The position numbers and the translations under genes are program-made. 27,274 nucleotides of DNA, taken from a virus (Duplodnaviria; Caudoviricetes). Under the pieces are notes generated by a model. The model was not told the DNA's origin, searched no databases, and was given only the letters and a program-made list of their open reading frames with translations. Of the stretch, positions 1 through 7,495 are shown in pieces. The stretch is taken from positions 1-27,274 of the IMG/VR virus record IMGVR_UViG_3300017914_001755. One strand, written 5' to 3'. How positions within the stretch are numbered: the stretch's first letter is position 1; each line of letters opens with the position of its first letter.

Positions 1-390
1 ACTGACGGTGCGTATGTAGAAGCAGGTGAACAAGATAACCTGATTGTACAGAAGCTACAAGAAGATACTGATGCATACGGCGTCTTTGGTTTCTCATATC
101 TTGACCAGAACACAGACACAATCATGGGTGCTCCAATCGATGGTGTTTCTCCAACATTCGAAGCAATTGCAGATGGTTCATATCCTGTATCTCGTGCGCT
201 GTGGTTCTATATCAAGCATGAGCATGTTGGTGTAGTTCCAGGTCTTGATGCATACATGGCAGAATGGACTAAGCATTGGGGTGATGACGGTATCCTTACA
301 GATGCTGGTATGATACCAATGTCAGAAGCAGAACGTGCTAAGTACAAAGCTGCTATGACAGAACTTCCAAAACTGACAGAAATGAAGTAA
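1..390 (+). CDS. pstS: Phosphate ABC transporter substrate-binding protein PstS, C-terminal part (5'-truncated by window)
   Basis: Frame +1 is open from base 1: TDGAYVEAGEQDNLIVQKLQEDTDAYGVFGFSYLDQN...GVSPTFEAIADGSYPVSRALWFYIK, matching the alphaproteobacterial-type PstS C-terminus. The ORF-track start at 124 is an internal Met. Confidence 0.88.
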   Translation, partial: TDGAYVEAGEQDNLIVQKLQEDTDAYGVFGFSYLDQNTDTIMGAPIDGVSPTFEAIADGSYPVSRALWFYIKHEHVGVVPGLDAYMAEWTKHWGDDGILTDAGMIPMSEAERAKYKAAMTELPKLTEMK

Positions 391-396
391 AAAACT

Positions 397-435
397 TATC
401 ATATCTCCTATAATAAGTATATAGGAGGTGTGATA
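397..435 (+). promoter_or_regulatory. RBS-occluding hairpin with embedded TATAAT -10 box
   Basis: 397-412 TATCATATCTCCTATA pairs with 420-435 TATAGGAGGTGTGATA (16 bp, 2 G-U, 7-nt loop), covering the SD GGAGG and the A of the ATG at 435. TATAAT lies at 409-414. Confidence 0.75.
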
Positions 436-620
436 TGGCTCATCAATCAGAGATTGTAAATACTAAAGGTCACTGGGCAGTAGGTGTTCAGTGGCCTGTT
501 CTTGGTTCTAAAGGGGATGAATATACAGTTGAAATGACTGACTATGGCTTTGAATGTAGTTGTATCGCCTATAGAAAATGTAAACATATAAAAGAAGTCG
601 AAAAAAAGTTTGACGACTAA
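435..620 (+). CDS. SWIM-type zinc finger protein
   Basis: YTV...ECSC...CKH (CxC-xn-CxH) motif; strong SD GGAGG at 424-428. Confidence 0.7.
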   Translation: MAHQSEIVNTKGHWAVGVQWPVLGSKGDEYTVEMTDYGFECSCIAYRKCKHIKEVEKKFDD

Positions 621-628
621 ATATAATA
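617..628 (+). promoter_or_regulatory. Candidate promoter upstream of uvsX (CTAAATA late-type box overlapping a TATAATA -10 box)
   Basis: CTAAATA at 617-623 and TATAAT at 622-627 at the start of the short intergenic gap before uvsX; no correctly spaced TTGACA-like -35. Confidence 0.4.
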
Positions 629-670
629 TACTCAGGTAGCACCTGTAAAGTAAAACAGCTAGGAGAAAAT

Positions 671-1741
671 ATGTCTGATCTACTAAGTAAGTTGAAGAAA
701 ACTTCAACTGTTAAACAATCTGAGGTTCTTGCTAAGTCTCAGTTATTCAATAAAAAAGATATGTGTCCAACAGACGTTCCTATTTTGAACGTTGCATTGT
801 CTGGTTCAGTTGATGGTGGTCTTGCACCTGGATTGACTGTTATCGCAGGACCATCTAAGCACTTTAAATCTAACTTATCTTTGTTAATGGCATCTGCTTA
901 TCTTAAGAAGCATAGTGATGCTGTTTGTCTATTGTATGATACTGAGTTTGGTATTACACCTGAATATCTTAAATCTATGAATGTAGATCCAGAACGCTGT
1001 TTGCATACTCCTGTAGAGCATGTAGAACAACTTAAGTTCGATATTACTCGTCAGTTAGAAAGCATTGAACGAGGAGATAAAGTAGTTATCGTTATTGACT
1101 CTGTTGGTAACTTAGCTTCTAAGAAAGAACTAGAAGATGCTCTTGATGGTAAATCAGTAGCTGATATGTCTAGAGCTAAAGCGCTTAAGTCTCTATTTCG
1201 CATCGTTACTCCTTATCTAACTACTAGAGATATTCCTATGCTAGTTATTAACCATACCTATCAAGAGATTGGTTTGTTTCCTAAAGAGATTATGTCTGGT
1301 GGTACTGGTATTTACTATTCTGCCAATCAAATTTTCTTTATGGGACGTCAACAAGAGAAAGACGGCAAAGAGATTTCAGGTTATAACTTTATGATTGGTG
1401 TAGAAAAGTCTCGTTTTGTTAGAGAGAAGACTAGATTACCTCTTTCTATCTCATGGGAAGGTGGTATTAATAAATGGTCTGGTTTATTAGATGTTGGTAT
1501 AGAGATTGGATGGATTCAGAAACCTGCTAATGGTTGGTTTGAAGGTATCAATCCAGATACAGGTGAAGTTATTACTGATAAAAAGCGCCGTAAAGATACT
1601 GACACCGCAGACTTTTGGTTACCTATCTTTAAAGCAGGTTATGCAGATGCGATTAAGAAAAGATTCTCTATAGGAGAAGTACGAGCAGTAATAGATGAGG
1701 TAGAGGAGATTGAAGATGAAGCCGAATCCGAAGAACTTTGA
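671..1741 (+). CDS. uvsX: RecA-like recombinase UvsX
   Basis: Walker A variant AGPSKHFKS, YDTEFG, IDSVGNLASKKE, VADMSRAK, SGGTGIYYSA, KSRFVREK: all typical of T4 UvsX. Confidence 0.97.
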   Translation: MSDLLSKLKKTSTVKQSEVLAKSQLFNKKDMCPTDVPILNVALSGSVDGGLAPGLTVIAGPSKHFKSNLSLLMASAYLKKHSDAVCLLYDTEFGITPEYLKSMNVDPERCLHTPVEHVEQLKFDITRQLESIERGDKVVIVIDSVGNLASKKELEDALDGKSVADMSRAKALKSLFRIVTPYLTTRDIPMLVINHTYQEIGLFPKEIMSGGTGIYYSANQIFFMGRQQEKDGKEISGYNFMIGVEKSRFVREKTRLPLSISWEGGINKWSGLLDVGIEIGWIQKPANGWFEGINPDTGEVITDKKRRKDTDTADFWLPIFKAGYADAIKKRFSIGEVRAVIDEVEEIEDEAESEEL

Positions 1742-2009
1742 AGCGTTCATTGATCCTAATGGAGGTGAATGGATTAAAATGAAATCTGGTAAGTATAAAG
1801 ATGTTGTATGGAGACCTGCAGATATTAAAGTAGAGGATCATCCATCCGGAAATGGTGATGGTATTCTTAATTTTGAAGCAGAGTTTTTAGGAGAAGCACC
1901 TAAAGATTTTGAAATGTTTGAAAAAGTAGCAGGTTCTGTAATTACAAGTATTTTAAGAGAGTCTATAGAAGCAGATGAAAACAGCGATAGTAATACCAGC
2001 AAGAATTGA
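1710..2009 (+). CDS. Conserved T4-like hypothetical protein (gp40 head vertex assembly chaperone position)
   Basis: Syntenic position between uvsX and gp41, as for T4 gene 40; similar size. Sequence support is weak. Confidence 0.45.
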   Translation: MKMKPNPKNFEAFIDPNGGEWIKMKSGKYKDVVWRPADIKVEDHPSGNGDGILNFEAEFLGEAPKDFEMFEKVAGSVITSILRESIEADENSDSNTSKN

Positions 2010-2661
2010 GTCAACAAGATTTCCTAATAAAATGCTTGCTCAGGTAACTAAAGAGCATAATCTTATTCAAAGAGTACATCATTGGTGTTGTTGCTTTCAT
2101 GATACTGAGGATGTTTATATTGCTACAGATAGTAAGAGAGTAGCATCTCTCTTTCCAGATAATTCAATTATGACCTCTCCGGAATGTAGTAATGGTACTG
2201 AAAGAATAGCTGAAGCTGTTATTAATAGTGATAAGCTTAGTAAATATGATAGCTTTGTAAACGTGCAGGGTGACATGATTGATGTTCCTGCAGTTATAGA
2301 TGAGGTTATCGATGGCTTGCGTTATTATGATGTTAATACTGTATTCACCGATCTTTCTCCTGATAGGAGAGATGATCCAAACAGTGTTAAGGTCACTGGA
2401 CACAGGGGTAGAGCGCACTATTTTGCTAGGGGTCTTAGCGGTTATGGCTATCATCACCTTGGAATTTATGGTTACCGGCGTAGAGCATTGCATCTTTACC
2501 CTGTACTAGATGTTACAGAGCCAGAATTAGTAGAAAGTTTAGAACAATTACGTTGGATTCATAATAATATACCTGTAGGTATGGTATATACAGATACTCA
2601 TGCTGATGAAATTAACACTCCTGAGGACTTAAAGCGTTGGCAATCGACTCACCAGAACTAA
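1975..2661 (+). CDS. kdsB: 3-deoxy-manno-octulosonate cytidylyltransferase (CMP-Kdo synthetase)
   Basis: IVIPAR-x-ESTRFPNK, GTERIAEA, VNVQGD, VKV, HLGIYGYR, ESLEQLR, INTPEDL: the full KdsB motif set. Confidence 0.9.
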   Translation: MKTAIVIPARIESTRFPNKMLAQVTKEHNLIQRVHHWCCCFHDTEDVYIATDSKRVASLFPDNSIMTSPECSNGTERIAEAVINSDKLSKYDSFVNVQGDMIDVPAVIDEVIDGLRYYDVNTVFTDLSPDRRDDPNSVKVTGHRGRAHYFARGLSGYGYHHLGIYGYRRRALHLYPVLDVTEPELVESLEQLRWIHNNIPVGMVYTDTHADEINTPEDLKRWQSTHQN

Positions 2662-4010
2662 GAAAAGGTATTCTATTCAATCTTCTTAAAAGTGATGAGT
2701 TTTGTCAGAAGGTTTTACCTTTTCTGACAAAAGAATACTTCACTGAGAAGCATGAGAGTATTCTCTTTGAAGAAATCTATAAGTATTATGGTAACTATAA
2801 TAATGCACCTAATAATGCAGCTATAAAGATTGAAGTAGAGTCACGTAACGATCTTACTGAACCTGTTTATAACGAAGCTATGAAGCTGTTAGATACAGAA
2901 GCAGAACCTATCTCTAAAGTAGATTTCTTAGTTAACAAAACAGAGCAATGGTGTCAGGAAAGAGCTATTGTTAATGCTGTATATAAAGCTGTTAACGTTA
3001 TAGGAGGTGAAGATAAAAAGACTCCTATGTCAGCTCTTCCTGAACTATTGACTGAAGCTATTTCTACTTCGTTCGATAAGTCTGTAGGTCATGATTATAT
3101 TGATGAGGCAGATGAGCGTTGGGAGTTTTATAATCGTAAAGAGCATAAGATACCATCAGGTCTAGAGCATTTAGATTATATTCTTAGAGGTGGTTTCCCC
3201 TCTAAGACTCTTGGTGTTATTATGGCTGGTACTGGTGTTGGTAAGTCTCTCTTTATGTGTTCTATGACTGCTAATCTAGTAGAATCAGGTCATAATGTTC
3301 TTTATATTACTATGGAAATGGCTGAAGAGAAGATTGCTCAAAGAGTTGACCAGAACTTACTTAACTTATCTAATGAAGATCTTGAAGCTATAGCTAAAGA
3401 CTCTTTCTTGAAACGTTTTGATAATCTTAAGATGAAGACTAAAGGTCAGTTAGTAGTAAAAGAATATCCTACTAAGTCTGCTCATGCAGGGCATTTTAGA
3501 GCTCTACTAAAAGAGCTAAAGCAGAAGAAAGACTTTACACCAGATCTTATCTGTATTGACTATCTTAATATTTGTGGTAGTATGTCAGCTAGTAAAGCTG
3601 CTAGCTCTTATGAACAGATTAAGTCTACTGCAGAAGAGTTAAGAGCGCTTGCTATGGAGTTTGACGTTCCGGTATTGACTGCTACTCAGACTAATAGACA
3701 AGGGTATGGAGATGCAGATGTAGAGATTACTTCAGTATCTGAATCGTTTGGTCTTCCTATGACTGCTGATTACTTCTTTGCTATGACTACTAATGATAGA
3801 CTAAGAGATGAGGGTTATATTAGATTTACTCAGTTAAAGAATAGATATGGTGATCCAGCAGATAGACGTAATTGGTTACTTGCAGTGGATTACTCTAGAA
3901 TGAGAGTTATAGATCTAGATCAGCAACCTATCAGTATTGAAGCACAGAACGAAGCAGAGCAGAATCCTGTTACTGATACTAAACCCATAATGGATATTAA
4001 CTGGGAATGA
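2637..4010 (+). CDS. 41: Replicative DNA helicase gp41 (DnaB-like)
   Basis: Walker A AGTGVGKS, LYITMEMAEEKIAQR, VKEYPT, IDYLNI, ATQTNR, SESFGLP, QLKNRYGD; TTG start. Confidence 0.96.
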   Translation: MAIDSPELRKGILFNLLKSDEFCQKVLPFLTKEYFTEKHESILFEEIYKYYGNYNNAPNNAAIKIEVESRNDLTEPVYNEAMKLLDTEAEPISKVDFLVNKTEQWCQERAIVNAVYKAVNVIGGEDKKTPMSALPELLTEAISTSFDKSVGHDYIDEADERWEFYNRKEHKIPSGLEHLDYILRGGFPSKTLGVIMAGTGVGKSLFMCSMTANLVESGHNVLYITMEMAEEKIAQRVDQNLLNLSNEDLEAIAKDSFLKRFDNLKMKTKGQLVVKEYPTKSAHAGHFRALLKELKQKKDFTPDLICIDYLNICGSMSASKAASSYEQIKSTAEELRALAMEFDVPVLTATQTNRQGYGDADVEITSVSESFGLPMTADYFFAMTTNDRLRDEGYIRFTQLKNRYGDPADRRNWLLAVDYSRMRVIDLDQQPISIEAQNEAEQNPVTDTKPIMDINWE

Positions 4011-4612
4011 TATCAGATAAACAATATCAACAGGAATGGACTCATCTTAATTTAGATGAATTATGGATTTATAATAAACTAGAACTATCTACAGTTCTTG
4101 GTTATAAATGTGGTCCTGTAGGTATTGAAGTTCCTTCACCTGGTTATTATATTGTAAGACCTCCTATTAATTTACTAGGTTTAGGATTAGGAGCAAAGAA
4201 GATATGGATTGATAGAGAAACTACAGATTTAACTCCGGGGCATTTTTGGTGTGAGTGGTTTGAAGGTCAGCACTTTTCTGTAGATTTTGAAAAAGGTAAA
4301 TGGATTAGAACATCTACAGGAATACAAAATAAGAAAGATCTAACTAAATGGGAGAAATGGTATACAGTAGGTAAATCATTTAAGTTTCCTTCATCTATAT
4401 CTCAGTTTATTAACAAAGAAAATGTCAATTGTGAGTTCATAGGCGACAAATTAATTGAAGTACATATAAGAAAAAATCCAGATTTTCTTTATAATAATAA
4501 TATATTCATACCCGTCTGGGAAGGTGAGTCTATATCTCCTCCAGCCGGGTTTAGATATGTCGAATGTCCTGATGTTAACGGTCGTATAGGAGCTTACGTT
4601 GATTCTACTTGA
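4007..4612 (+). CDS. Hypothetical protein with ATP-grasp-like motifs
   Basis: YIVRP-x-INLLGLGLG, FWCEWFEG-x-HFSVD and NCEF...LIEVHIR resemble the ATP-grasp KP/glycine loop, QEYIxG and EhNxR motifs; ATGA overlap with gp41. Confidence 0.55.
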   Translation: MISDKQYQQEWTHLNLDELWIYNKLELSTVLGYKCGPVGIEVPSPGYYIVRPPINLLGLGLGAKKIWIDRETTDLTPGHFWCEWFEGQHFSVDFEKGKWIRTSTGIQNKKDLTKWEKWYTVGKSFKFPSSISQFINKENVNCEFIGDKLIEVHIRKNPDFLYNNNIFIPVWEGESISPPAGFRYVECPDVNGRIGAYVDST

Positions 4613-5447
4613 TTACTCTTCAATTGCAATGTCATCTATTATGGTTAGAGTAGATGACTTTATGGATGAACCAGGTCTAGTTCGTCATCAGATCTTTAAT
4701 ATTATTCGTCAGTATAACGAACGATTTCGTGATGAGTTCGGTGAAATGGTTATTTGTATGGATGCTACAAATAACTGGCGTAAAGAGACATTCCCTCAAT
4801 ACAAAGCTAATCGTAAGAAGCAGCGTGCAGAGTCTAAGCATGACTGGACTGCTATCTTTACTATGATGAACGATGTACGAGAAGAGGTAGAAGAGTATTC
4901 TCCATATCGTTGTGTTCGTATAGATAAATGTGAGGCGGATGACTGTATTGCTACTATTGTAGCTAACAATATGAATCCAGAACCTACAGTTATTGTATCA
5001 CCAGATAAAGACTTTGTTCAGTTACAGAAGTATCCTAATGTCAAACAGTTCTCTAATATTCAGAAGAAGTGGGTTGAACCTGATGTAGACCCTGTTACTG
5101 ATCTAGAGGTAAAAGTGCTTAAAGGTGATATGGGCGACGGTGTTCCTAATGTAATGTCAGATGATGATGTACTTCTAGATGAGAATGCTAGACAAACTCC
5201 TCTTCGTAAAGCTAAGATGGATATGCTTAGAGAAGATCCTGAAGCTCTTGGTACTACTATTGCTAGACGTATTGTTCGTAATAGAGATATGATAGATCTT
5301 AGTCGTACACCAGATTATCTTAAGAAGCAGATTATAGATAGGTATAACGAACCTGCAAAAGGCTCTATTAATAGACTTATGACGTTGTTTACTAAGAATC
5401 AAATGAAACTTCTCATGGAAAGTCTACAAGATTTCGAAATAAGATAA
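4599..5447 (+). CDS. rnh: T4-type RNase H (5'-3' exonuclease, FEN-1 family)
   Basis: ILLD, NWRK-x-FPQYKANR, EADD, SPDKDFVQL, KGDMGDGVPNV; TTG start with AGGAG upstream. Confidence 0.95.
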   Translation: MILLDYSSIAMSSIMVRVDDFMDEPGLVRHQIFNIIRQYNERFRDEFGEMVICMDATNNWRKETFPQYKANRKKQRAESKHDWTAIFTMMNDVREEVEEYSPYRCVRIDKCEADDCIATIVANNMNPEPTVIVSPDKDFVQLQKYPNVKQFSNIQKKWVEPDVDPVTDLEVKVLKGDMGDGVPNVMSDDDVLLDENARQTPLRKAKMDMLREDPEALGTTIARRIVRNRDMIDLSRTPDYLKKQIIDRYNEPAKGSINRLMTLFTKNQMKLLMESLQDFEIR

Positions 5448-5450
5448 ATA
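5444..5450 (+). promoter_or_regulatory. T4-like late promoter box (ATAAATA)
   Basis: ATAAATA at the rnh stop, about 40 nt upstream of the 5490 start; matches the T4-like late consensus (T)ATAAATA. Confidence 0.55.
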
Positions 5451-5489
5451 CCACGGATCCAAAATACTAATTAAGAAGGAGACTCCGAA

Positions 5490-5840
5490 ATGGTATATAT
5501 CAAACCGTCAATCAGTGATAGTGATATCAACGCTGTCTATAGGGATGGTGAGCGTAAACAAACTGCTATCAGTGACACACATTACCCAGGAGCATCAGCA
5601 GTGATGACTGCTGCAGGTTATGGTGTTAGATACAGAGTGGTAGGTGATAGTGATGATGCAGATAATGCAAAATTCAATGTCGAAATCCTAGACGCTTATC
5701 CAGCTAAAAAGATTCTTAATCTTAATGCTGACTCTGAAAATGGTGGTGGTGCTATTGATGCAACTGATGGTATTCAATATGATTCAGATGCAGAAGCATT
5801 AGACACTGATACATTCGAGTATAAAGCGTTTACTCAGTAA
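5490..5840 (+). CDS. Acidic hypothetical protein, possibly virion-associated
   Basis: SD AAGGAG, late box upstream, Asp-rich with recurring DSD/DSE; no recognisable family. Confidence 0.6.
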   Translation: MVYIKPSISDSDINAVYRDGERKQTAISDTHYPGASAVMTAAGYGVRYRVVGDSDDADNAKFNVEILDAYPAKKILNLNADSENGGGAIDATDGIQYDSDAEALDTDTFEYKAFTQ

Positions 5841-6409
5841 TGTCTAAAGCAGTTTTTACGTTTGGTAGGATGAACCCTCCTACTATAGGTCATGAAAAAC
5901 TGGTAAACAAAGTGAGAGCGGTCGCTAGATTAGAGAAAGGCGACCCTCTCATCTATCTTTCTCATACTCAAAAAGCACCTAAAGATCCGATAGACTATAC
6001 AAACAAAATAAAGTTTGCTAAGAAAGCTTTTGGAAGCATAGTTAAAATGTCTAGAGCAAATACTATAATAAAGGTAATGCAAGAGTTAGAAAAGAAATAT
6101 AAAGAAGTAGTTTTAGTGGTAGGTTCAGATAGAGTTACTGACTTTAATGAACTTCTTAACAAATATAATGGTAAAGATTACACGTTTGATTCTATTAAAG
6201 TAGTATCAGCTGGAGAACGTGATCCAGATGCAGAAGGCGTTGAAGGAATGTCAGCATCTAAAATGAGAGCTCTTGCAGCAGATGATAAAGAAGATGAGTT
6301 TAAGACTGGTCTTCCTAGAAATCTACAAAGAGATTCCAGCAAAGTTTATAATATGGTAAGAAAAGGAATAGGCGATGGCGGTAAAACCAAGAGACATGCA
6401 AGTAAATGA
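5840..6409 (+). CDS. HIGH-superfamily nucleotidyltransferase (phage cytidylyltransferase-like)
   Basis: TFGRMNPPTIGH (T/HxGH motif), VVGSDR, SAGERDPD, MSASKMR (SxT/SxxR motif). Confidence 0.85.
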   Translation: MSKAVFTFGRMNPPTIGHEKLVNKVRAVARLEKGDPLIYLSHTQKAPKDPIDYTNKIKFAKKAFGSIVKMSRANTIIKVMQELEKKYKEVVLVVGSDRVTDFNELLNKYNGKDYTFDSIKVVSAGERDPDAEGVEGMSASKMRALAADDKEDEFKTGLPRNLQRDSSKVYNMVRKGIGDGGKTKRHASK

Positions 6410-6977
6410 GATTCTTACAGAGATCTCTAATCTAAAATCAGACGAACTTAAAGTTCAAACACTCACACAAAAATATTACGATCATACACCTCTTCATAGA
6501 ATCTTGAAGATGAATTATTGTGATAGTATTATTTCTATGCTACCAGATGGCACACCGCCGTTTACTAGAAACGAAGATCATGATGGTCCTAATCATGCAT
6601 CTTTATGGGAGTATATTCGTATGTTCCCTATCATTGTTAGATCTACTCAATCACTTAATATGAGACCTTTACAGATTGAAAGAAACTTTATTGAGATGTT
6701 AGAAGCAGTAGATCCAGAAGAAGCTGAGACTATCTGTTTAGCTAAAGATAAGAATCTTGAAACTAAGTATCAGGTTAGTGTTGATGTTGTGAAGAAGTCT
6801 TTTCCTCAGCTTAATATTGTTACTTCAGACACTGTTCCGTCAACAAAGACTAACGAGCAGTTAGCTGAAGAGTATCTAGAAATGGCAGACTTGAGAAAAA
6901 GAGAAGCTAAGAAGCTGAATGAAGAAGCTAAAGAGTTGATCAAAAAAGCGAAAGAGCTAGCCAATGAAGATGCTTGA
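6375..6977 (+). CDS. Conserved T4-like hypothetical protein (DUF6433-like)
   Basis: LPDGTPPF and ExxFIEMLE-x-VDPEEAExhxxAKDKxL pattern, recognised from marine T4-like phages; C-terminal coiled coil. Confidence 0.6.
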   Translation: MAVKPRDMQVNEILTEISNLKSDELKVQTLTQKYYDHTPLHRILKMNYCDSIISMLPDGTPPFTRNEDHDGPNHASLWEYIRMFPIIVRSTQSLNMRPLQIERNFIEMLEAVDPEEAETICLAKDKNLETKYQVSVDVVKKSFPQLNIVTSDTVPSTKTNEQLAEEYLEMADLRKREAKKLNEEAKELIKKAKELANEDA

Positions 6978-7494
6978 ACAGACACCTGTATCGTTTGATA
7001 TTTCAAAACTTAAACCTGTAGTTAATGAAGTTGCTTTCGATTTGCATTATAACCGTATCTATAAACAGTATGTAGATGATTATAATTCTGCTAGCGGTGA
7101 TATTGCTTTTAATAAAGCTGGTGCATTTTTACACTCTCTGTATTTTGACAATATTAGAGAGTATAGAATGAATAACCTTCCTATAGGTAAGGCTATGAAT
7201 GTTATTGAGTTAAGATATGGCTCATATGAGAGATTTGTATCTTCTCTTGTAGATAAAGCATGTCAGTTACAAGGTAATGGCTGGGTGTTTATGAATCATA
7301 GCGGTTATGTAAATATTATTCCTAATAATAGAATAGTAGATAATATTGCTATGATTATAGATTGTTGGGAACATGCATTTATGTTTAACTACCCTAACGA
7401 TATTGCTAACTATGTAAGACATTCCATGTCTATTGTAAATTGGGATAAAGTAAATCAACGTATTGATAAAATAAATAGTCTAAAGAAAGACTAA
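6964..7494 (+). CDS. Divergent Fe/Mn superoxide dismutase-like protein
   Basis: LHY...Y, FN-x-AG-x-x-LHSLYF, YGSYE-x-F, GNGW and DCWEHA; four metal-ligand positions (H, H, D, H) are present. Confidence 0.8.
   Translation: MKMLEQTPVSFDISKLKPVVNEVAFDLHYNRIYKQYVDDYNSASGDIAFNKAGAFLHSLYFDNIREYRMNNLPIGKAMNVIELRYGSYERFVSSLVDKACQLQGNGWVFMNHSGYVNIIPNNRIVDNIAMIIDCWEHAFMFNYPNDIANYVRHSMSIVNWDKVNQRIDKINSLKKD
7471..7477 (+). promoter_or_regulatory. T4-like late promoter box (ATAAATA)
   Basis: ATAAATA ends 18 nt before the ATG at 7496. Confidence 0.5.
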
Positions 7495-7495
7495 T

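Noticed and set aside
44-235. 63-aa + strand ORF
   Set aside because: Out-of-frame shadow inside the pstS coding frame.
633-645. Small inverted repeat CAGGT-AGC-ACCTG upstream of uvsX
   Set aside because: Only 5 bp with no U-tract; too weak to call a terminator or operator.
2300-2509. 69-aa alternative-frame ORF (likewise 19300-19503 and 25648-25848)
   Set aside because: Fully nested in kdsB, queC and the oxygenase respectively, with no independent support.
5478-5486. GGAG-A-CTCC inverted repeat over the SD of the 5490 gene
   Set aside because: A 1-nt loop cannot form a hairpin.
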